In this document: positions 50,563 to 64,000 of the stretch, in pieces
Layout of the letters: the number at the start of each line of letters is the position of its first letter
How positions within the stretch are numbered: position 1 is the stretch's first letter
Assembly (NCBI RefSeq): GCF_009914755.1
Contig: NC_060940.1
Reading direction: 5' to 3' (one strand)
Source: the human T2T-CHM13v2.0 reference genome, Homo sapiens
DNA: 64,000 nucleotides
Notes under the pieces: generated by a model
The model's database searches: none
The model's input: the letters and a program-made list of their open reading frames with translations, nothing else
Told to the model about the DNA's origin: nothing
Translations under genes and position numbers: made by a program

Positions 50563-50970
50563 GTAAGTCAGTAAAACAGGCACAGCAAGAGGGTGAAAAC
50601 AGGGAGGGAGGAGAGTGAGGATGAAAGGGGACTCAGGGGGAAGATGAACCAAAAATCAGAGCAATTTCATTGCCCAGAGCCAACGGTTAGTACAGGTGTG
50701 GAAAAGCGAGGTGGGCATGGGGAAGAACTAAGAGGTTGCTGAGTTCATTGGCCAACTTGGCCATTGTGAGTGGCACCTTCAACAGCAAACCTGGGAAGGT
50801 CATAATAGCTCCACCTTAGAGTTGACATAACATTTGTAAACATGCCTAGCATGGTGCCTGCACTTAACAATACTCCAGACATGGTGGCTGTTTCTGTTAT
50901 TATGGCACCTGCTCAGTCGATATTTGTTGAGTCAACAGCAAGCCACACCTGCTTTGAATCCTGATTCCAG

Positions 50971-51219
50971 GATTATCGGAGATCCAAGAACAGCCTGTCG
51001 GAAATTCTGAATTCCATCAGCCTGTGGCAGAAGACGCTGAAGATCATTGGAGGCAAGTTTGGAACCAGCGTCCTCTCCTATTTCAACTTTCTGAGATGGC
51101 TTTTGAAGTTCAACATTTTCTCATTCATCCTGAACTTCAGCTTCATCATAATCCCTCAGTTTACCGTGGCCAAAAAGAACACCCTCCAGTTCACTGGGCT
51201 GGAGTTTTTCACTGGGGTG
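50971..51219 (+). CDS. TMC5: TMC5 coding exon with TMC signature LWQKTLKIIGGKFGTSVLSYFNFLRWLLKFN and first TM helix
   Basis: ctgattccag acceptor, GTG|GTAAGT donor, 249 nt, phase 0-0. Contains the FG..V.SYF.FLRW motif typical of the TMC family. Confidence 0.96.
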
Positions 51220-51324
51220 GTAAGTCCTCCACTTCCCCTACCCCAAGTGCACCAATCACCTCGGAAACCCAGGGACGTGCCTTGCCGGTCACCCACTCAC
51301 ACCTCTCATTTTGCCTGGGGGTCA

Positions 51325-51627
<303 letters not shown>

Positions 51628-52164
51628 TCAATCAATCAATAAAGTGTTTTCCTGCAAAGTAACATACACACATCGTAGTAGAATTTCTGTCTCCAGAGGC
51701 AACCATCTTGAACAGTTTGTTTTTATCCACACACTTTTTTGGCAAACATATGGACACTTCTGTGCACGTACAGAGGCATTCTTTTCTTTTCTTACAAAAG
51801 ATGAATTATTCATTGTATATTATCTACAACTTGCTTTTTTTTTACTTAGCAATATGTGGTGGGCATTTTCTTGTGTTGGTGTTTATAGATCTATGTTTTC
51901 TTTCTTTTTAATTTTTATTTCTACAAAATACAATGTTCCTTTTGAAAAATTCCTACTATAGAAGAAAACTAAGAGAAAGTTCATTTTATATTTTTTTCTT
52001 TGTCCAACTCCCCATTTTGAGATATATCTTTGTAGACTGTTTTTTTCTTCCTGTACAAACGTTGATAGATACATACTTGATAAAAAAAAAACCAAATAGA
52101 TGACAGGCACATAGATTATTATGCTTTTAAAAATAAACAGAGGATAGGATTGTACTATAAGCCC

Positions 52165-52196
52165 TTCTTTCTTTCTTTTCTTTTCCTTTCCTTTTG

Positions 52197-52264
<68 letters not shown>

Positions 52265-52312
52265 TTCCTTCCTTCCTTCCTTCCTTCCTTCCTCCCTCCC
52301 TCCCTCCCTTCC
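52165..52312 (+). repeat. (TTTC)n(CCTT)n(CCCT)n polypyrimidine microsatellite
   Basis: Visible directly. Confidence 0.95.
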
Positions 52313-53256
52313 TGGACCCCAAAATGTCTTTCATAACTTGCTTATTCAGACTAGGATTCAGTCAACAATCAGATTTTACATTCTGTGTCCGCCCCCGCCT
52401 TAAATCTCTATTAATCTAAAATAATCAGCCGGGTACGGTGGCTCACTCCTGTAATCCCAGCACTTTGGGAGGCCGAGGCGGGTGGATCACTTGAAGTCAG
52501 AAGTTGGAGACCAGCCTGGCCAACATGGCAAAACCCCATCTCTACTTAAAATACAAAAATTAGCCGGATGTGGTGGCAGAAGCCTGTAATCCCCACTACT
52601 AGGCAAGCTGAGGCAGGGAGAATTGCTTGAACCCGGGAGGTTGCAGTGAGCTGAGATCTTGCCATTGCACTCCAGCCTGAGTGACAGAGCGAGACTCCAT
52701 CTCAAAAAAATAAATAAATAAATAAATAATCTCCCCAGCCCAGCCCCTTTTTTCTTGACATTGGCTTATTGCAGAAATTGGGCCTACTGCTATGTAGATT
52801 CCAACATCCTACCTTCTGGAATTGTCTGATGATTTCCTAGTGGTTTCTAGAATTTGTTTCTCTGGCTTCTTATTTCCTGTGCACTGAAATGTAGGCCTAT
52901 AGGCTTGATTCGTTTCCTATTAAGCATGTTTAGCCATAATACTGGTGACAGAGGCACATAATACTGGTGAAACGAGAGGCCTGGCTGTCGTGTTCTTGCT
53001 GATGTTTCACTTGATCACTGGGCCAGGTGGTAACAGCTCAATGTCTCCATTGTAAAGTTACACTGGATTTCTTTTCAAGTCTGAGAGCCCAGTGACACAA
53101 TGTCCAAATTCTCAGTGCCCCTTTCCTGGAAAACAAAATGTCTAAACTGACTGGCCCAGGCTTCTTGTATTCAGGAGAGGTCAACTCTCATGACCATAAT
53201 CGTTTACCTTTTTTTTCAGGAGATCCACCTGACCTATGGTTTATTGTACCTTTCAG

Positions 53257-53408
53257 GGTTATTTTAGGGACACAGTGATGTACTATGGCTTTTACACCAA
53301 TTCCACCATCCAGCACGGGAACAGCGGGGCATCCTACAACATGCAGCTGGCCTACATCTTCACAATCGGAGCATGCTTGACCACCTGCTTCTTCAGTTTG
53401 CTGTTCAG
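53257..53408 (+). CDS. TMC5: TMC5 coding exon ([18 protein letters not shown]...[24 protein letters not shown]), extracellular loop plus TM2
   Basis: tacctttcag acceptor, CAG|GTATGG donor, 152 nt, phase 0 to 2. TMC-like YG.Y and Y.M.LAY motifs and an N-S-T sequon. Confidence 0.95.
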
Positions 53409-53551
53409 GTATGGAAGCATCTACATTTCCTGATTCTGAGGGTCATGTTAGATTTCAGCAAAAATCCAAGAAATTCAAAAATTACCCAGGTAACAGTTTC
53501 TCTGCAGTCCTCTCCTCTCCTCTCCTCTCTTTTCTTTTCTTTCTTAGATAG

Positions 53552-53875
<324 letters not shown>

Positions 53876-54100
53876 TAAAAATAGGAGCTTGGACAGAGGA
53901 AGAGAGGTTTTTCTGTGCTTTTAAAGAAATTGGTCAGCCTGATAATAAGGGTGCAGTTACCCCAGCAATGATATGAAGGGAAGAACATGATAGATAACTA
54001 TCAGAGAGGAGGTACAAATGGAAAATACACATATGAAAGGCTGGGCACGGTGCTCATGCCTGTAATCTTAGCACTCTGGGAGTCTGATGCAGGCTGATCA

Positions 54101-55069
<969 letters not shown>

Positions 55070-55276
55070 CCTGACTGCCAGCATACTAATTCAAACTAAA
55101 GTGAGATTTTGTTTTGTTCTGTCAAAGTAGGAAATGATTTTATTATTATTATTATTATTAATATTTTGAGACAGAGTCTTGCTCTGTCACCCAGGCTGGA
55201 GTGCAGTGGTGTGATCTTGGCTCATTGCAACCTCCGCTTCTCGGGTTCAAGTGATTCTCCTGTCTCAGCCTCCTGA

Positions 55277-55606
<330 letters not shown>

Positions 55607-55626
55607 TAAGCACTGCATAGACTCTT

Positions 55627-56299
<673 letters not shown>

Positions 56300-56338
56300 G
56301 GGTGGATTACTTGAGGTCAGGAGTTCAAGACCAGCCTA

Positions 56339-56578
<240 letters not shown>

Positions 56579-56855
56579 CTACAGATATGGAAACTGAGGC
56601 TGAGAATCAGAACCATTCACAAGACAAAAATCCCCCAGTTGGCAGATCCAGGGTTGCAAGCCAGGCCTGTGCAGCCCCAAAACCAGTGCTTGTTTAACCA
56701 CTGTGTGGTGACCACACCGCTCCAGGCCAACAGCTTGGGGCTAAGTCTTCACGTTGCCTTTCACCATTAATAATAGGGCTGCCCTTTGTTGAAGCCCTGC
56801 ACTCCCAGTGACGGCCATAATAACCTTCAGGTGTTCTGCTTTCTGCCTTCTCTAG

Positions 56856-57658
<803 letters not shown>

Positions 57659-58041
57659 TGATTTTCAACCCAGAGAAATCTGGCCCCTCAGGGGGACATT
57701 TGACAACCTCTAGAGACTTTTTTGATTGTTACAATTGGGAAGAGGGGTGCTCTTGGTATCTAGTGGGTAAGAGGCCAGTGATGCTGCTAAAAATCCTACA
57801 ATGCGTAGAACAGCACCTGCAGCAGAGAATTATGCAGCCCACCATGTCAGTAGTGCAGAGGTTGAGAAACCCTGGTCTATAGACACAAACTTATTAAAAA
57901 AAAAAAAAAAAAAAAAAAAAGCAGCTGGGCATGGTGGCTCATGCCTCTAATCCCAGCAATTTGGGAGGACGAGGCAGGCATATCATGAGGTCAGGAGTTC
58001 ACGACCAGCTTGGCCAACATGATGAAACCCCATCTCTACTA

Positions 58042-58331
<290 letters not shown>

Positions 58332-58773
58332 TCACTGCAGTGTCGACCTCCTGGGATCCAGTTAGCCTCTCCCACCTCAGCCTGCTGAGTAGTGGGGACT
58401 ATGGGTGCACACCACCATGCCCAACTAATTTTTAAATTTTTTGTAGAGAGAGAATCTCACTATGTTGCCCAGGCTGGTCTTGAACTCCTGGGCTCAAGTG
58501 ATCCTCCCACCTCGGCCTCCCAACATGCTGGAAATTCAGGTGTGAGCCACCAAACCCAGCCAAATAAAGGGGCTTCAACAAGAGGGTTGCAGATGTGAGC
58601 TTCTTTCTCAGTGTAGATACCCAACCTTATTCTTCAAGAAAGAATTTTGTGACCTCAGTGTGCTTTTCTTAAGAACATGGTCCCGATCTATTAATTCCAA
58701 CTGTTTCTGAAAGATGGAAGCAGTGTTTGGAGATTCTTGGCCCATTTCAGAGTCCTCTATGGGTCTCCCATAA

Positions 58774-59232
<459 letters not shown>

Positions 59233-59258
59233 TAAACTTGACTTTCTTATGTTTCTAG

Positions 59259-59414
59259 GAGAACCTGTCAGAGCTCCGTCAGGAGAATTCCAAGTTGACG
59301 TTCAATCAGCTGCTGACCCGCTTCTCTGCCTACATGGTAGCCTGGGTTGTCTCTACAGGAGTGGCCATAGCCTGCTGTGCAGCCGTTTATTACCTGGCTG
59401 AGTACAACTTAGAG
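59259..59414 (+). CDS. TMC5: TMC5 coding exon ([13 protein letters not shown]...[29 protein letters not shown]), TM3
   Basis: cttatgtttctag acceptor, GAG|GTAACC donor, 156 nt, phase 0-0, hydrophobic helix. Absent from the ORF track. Confidence 0.94.
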
Positions 59415-60083
59415 GTAACCAACACCAGGGTCCAGGGCAGAGAGAACCAGGTGAAGGGATGAGATGCTGGAGGGGAAGGGTGGTGTGCAGCCTACGGTTC
59501 AACCCAGGATCTATGGCCAGCAGCATCAGCACTAGCAGAGAACTTGTTAAAAATGCAGGGGTGAGGCACAGTGGCTTACACCTGTAATCCCAACACTCTG
59601 GGAGGCCGAGGCAGGAGGATCACCTGAAACCCAGGAGTTCGAGACCAGCCTGGGCAACATGGAGACTTCATCGCTAAAAAAATTTTAAAAATTAGCCTGT
59701 CACGGTGGTGTGCACCTGTAGTTCTGGCTACAGTGGTGGTCATTCATTGGTGACTACAGTTTCACATGAATGGAGCTCAGCTGTGTCGTTTCACAGCCCT
59801 GGGGCCAGGCCTTGCCTTGTTTGATCTCAGTTAATTCTTGCAACATCTCTATGAGTCATGTGATCATCTCTCCATTGTACAGATGGAGAAAAGGGGCTCA
59901 GAGAAGCTAAGGATCTGGCCCCAGACCTTGCAGCTTACGTGTGGGGAGGGAGCCGCATTGGAACCCAGGTTACCCTGGCTCCAAAACTACCACCAAAAAT
60001 GCAAGTGGTGCTTTTGAACCATCCAGAGGTAGACGGAGGTAGGGTGAGGCCATGCAGGGAGGATATGGGAATGTGAGATATCA

Positions 60084-60632
<549 letters not shown>

Positions 60633-61288
60633 TTATGCTAAACAGGAGGGAGCACATCCTCATTGCCCTGGGCATCTTGGTAAAAAAGGGAAAGCCACAG
60701 AATGATTGTTCGAGCTCAGGCTCCTGAGTCAGATGCACCTAGGCTCCAATCTGCCACTTCCTTGCTGGGTGACCCTGGGCAAGTGTCTTCCCCTCCCTGA
60801 GCCTCAGTTTGCTTGGCACGGGGTAAGGAAATTAATGGTAGCTTAACAAAATAGTTAACCTAGCCGGGCGCGATGGCTCATGCCTGTAATCCCAACACCT
60901 TGGGAGGCCGAGGTGGATGGATCACCTGAGGTCGGGAGTTAGAGACCAGCCTGGCCAACATGGGGAAACCCCATCTCTACTAAAAATACAAAAATTAGCT
61001 GGGTATGTTGGTGCGTGCCTGTAATCCCAGCTACTCTGGAGGCTGAGGCAGGAGAACCACTTGAACCGAGGAAGTGGAAGTTTCAGTGAGCTGAGATCGC
61101 GCCACTGCAGTCCAGCCTGGGCAACACGGTGAGACTCCATCTCAAAAAAATTAAAATAAATAAATAGATAAATAGTTAACCGCAGAGGAGCTACTTCTCG
61201 GGTTTTCTATCATGGGAGACTTTTGAGTGAAGCAGAAAGGGGTACAGTGTACAAGTCAGCCCTCCGTTCTCTCCCCCATCCCCTGCAG

Positions 61289-61440
61289 TTCCTGAAGACA
61301 CACAGTAACCCTGGGGCGGTGCTGTTACTGCCTTTCGTTGTGTCCTGCATTAATCTGGCCGTGCCATGCATCTACTCCATGTTCAGGCTTGTGGAGAGGT
61401 ACGAGATGCCACGGCACGAAGTCTACGTTCTCCTGATCCG
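61289..61440 (+). CDS. TMC5: TMC5 coding exon (FLKTHSNPGAVLLLPFVVSCINLAVPCIYSMFRLVERYEMPRHEVYVLLIR), TM4; gene continues beyond window
   Basis: ctcccccatcccctgcag acceptor, CCG|GTAGGT donor, 152 nt, phase 0 to 2. TMC-like E.Y..PR motif. Confidence 0.95.
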
Positions 61441-61514
61441 GTAGGTGATGTGTCGCGCCCAACACCAGCCTCTATTTCCACAGAGAGAAGTGGGATGGCA
61501 GCTAGAAAGGATTA

Positions 61515-61727
<213 letters not shown>

Positions 61728-62287
61728 CTACTCAGGAGGCTGAGGTGAGAGGATCACTTGATCCCAGGAGTTTGAGCTTACCTATGATTGCACCACTGCA
61801 CTCCAGCCTGCGTGACAGAGCAAGACCCTGTCTTAAACAACAACAAAAGAGTGAAGTGTGTTTGTGTGGTGTGGGCTTTTGCTCAAAGTCATGGCTTGAT
61901 TGCTTTCCTAATTGCTACCAGCAGGGGATTGATGTAGTTCTCAAGTATGGGATGTACAGATGGGCAGGCAGTGCACGCACAAAGGCTCCTGGGCTGAGGA
62001 CGGGACTGAAATCATCCAGCGTTCCCCTTAGTCAAGCTGTGAGTCCTGGTACCCACTGCCTCAGGCGGGAGGAAGGGCCCATTTTTGTAATTCCACCACC
62101 CAAACAAAGGTGGGAGGAGTGCTTTGGGCAACTCACTGGCACCCATGGGGTGCCTTTTTGTGATTCCCACAAAGGCATCATACGTGCTAGAAGTGATCCC
62201 AGAGTTTTGATACACAAAGCCTGGAACTGCCCAAATTTTGTCCCTCTAGTTTCTTCCCTGACTCGTTCCTGGTTATGGTGGGGTTTA

Positions 62288-62659
<372 letters not shown>

Positions 62660-64000
62660 TTACCACGGTCTGTGAGATCCGGCTCCCGGCCAGCGCTCCA
62701 GCCTCATTTTCTCCCCATCCTTCCTGCTCACTGCCTGTCCCCGTCACAGACCTCCTAAGCGTTCACAAATATGCCAAACCATATTCCCACCTCTGGACCT
62801 TTGCATGGGCCTGGAATGTTCTTCCCACACATGACCACATGGCTTGCTTCTTGACTGCATTTTGCGTTCTTCAAACATCACCCTCGTGTTGCACTCTTCC
62901 TTGCACACCCCATTAAAAATAACAGCTCCCTACCACCTTTTCTCCTCTGCAGTATAATTTTCTTTCTTTTTTTTTTTTTTTTTTTTGAGATGGATTCTCA
63001 CTCTGTCGCCCAGGCTGGAGTGCGGTGGCATGATCTCTGCAGTATAATTTTCTTACCACTTCCTGACATATTTGTATTTATTTATTATCTTCCTCTCCCA
63101 CAGTTTATGGGGAAATCTTTGCCTTGTTCACAGTGTCTGGGATATCATAGGTGTCCAAGAATGATTGGTGAATGAATAAGCAAATTGGTCAGTCAGTTGA
63201 TTATATCCAATTCATATTATGAAAATTCCAGCCAGGTGCAGTGGCTCGTGCCTGTAATCCTAGCACTTTGGGTGGCCAAGGTGGGAGGATTGCTTGAGCC
63301 CAGGAGTTCAAGACCAGCCTTGGCAACATGGTGAGACTCCATTTCTATAAATATTTAAAAATTAGTCAGGCATGGTGGATTGCACCTGTAGTCCCAGCTA
63401 CTCAGGTGGCTGAGGTGGGAGAAGTGCTTGAGCCCGGGAGGTCAAGGCTGCAGTGAGCCATGACCACACCACTGCACTCCAGTTTGGGTAACAGAGTGAG
63501 ACCCTGTCGGAAGAAAGAAAGAGAGAAAGAGAGAGAGAGAAAGAAAGAAAGAAAACTCTGACTATATTCCTATGCCCTCATTATTCCCCACATCCCAGCC
63601 ACCGATCCATGGTGCCACTTTTAAAAGTTTGTATAGAAGGGGAAATGTTAGGTCTCACTGCACCCCATAACCTTGCGTATTGAGTATGATGGGCATAAAA
63701 TACCATCTACTAGATGATGGAATTGTAAAGACTGAGGGGGATGATTCAATAAAGAGGTTGGCAGTGTACGCTGGGTCAGCACCCAATAAACATTATGTAC
63801 ATTTACTATCATTATAATGGGAAGTGAAATCAGATCATTTGGAGATGCAACAAAAGAGAATGTATCAGTCAGAATAAGTTAGGTTATACTGCAGTAACAA
63901 CCCCCCAGATCTCAGTGGCTTCGAACACAAAGGTTTATTTCTTGCTCGTGTTATATACACAGTGTGGATTAGCAGGAGGGACCTTCTTATGTTAGTTACT

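Noticed and set aside
56821-56855. Upstream AG (taaccttcag, 56829-56830) 25 nt before the real acceptor
   Set aside because: Its pyrimidine tract is short, and the downstream site has the better tract and keeps the frame.
59256-59261. TAGGAG tandem (NAGNAG) acceptor
   Set aside because: A distal GAG is rarely used as an acceptor, and the effect would be loss of one Glu.

Overview
Primate (almost certainly human) genomic DNA, Alu-dense (roughly 80 Alu copies or fragments counted by eye, about a third of the window). It contains the 5' two-thirds of TMC5 (transmembrane channel-like 5) on the + strand. Ten GT-AG coding exons can be traced with consistent phases: 27241-28028, 31271-31440, 36739-36828, 47430-47529, 50475-50562, 50971-51219, 53257-53408, 56856-57000, 59259-59414 and 61289-61440. 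Together they give 2090 coding nt (~696 aa), and the gene continues past the window end. There are two probable 5'UTR exons (~5110-5315 and 17635-17862) and an alternative first coding exon (43904-44213) that replaces the repetitive N-terminus. Nearly every other ORF in the supplied track is an Alu, LTR or microsatellite artefact. I found no new multi-gene system. The notable observations are structural: (1) a THE1-type LTR inserted exactly into a splice donor with GTAAG as its target-site duplication; (2) an Alu inserted into a splice acceptor, duplicating the likely branch point; (3) a 9-aa/36-aa periodic PDY repeat domain toggled by promoter choice; (4) several uORFs; (5) candidate poison splice events; (6) two non-Alu direct repeats bracketing exons. 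Repeat family names and the gene identity come from recalled consensus sequences, not database searches.
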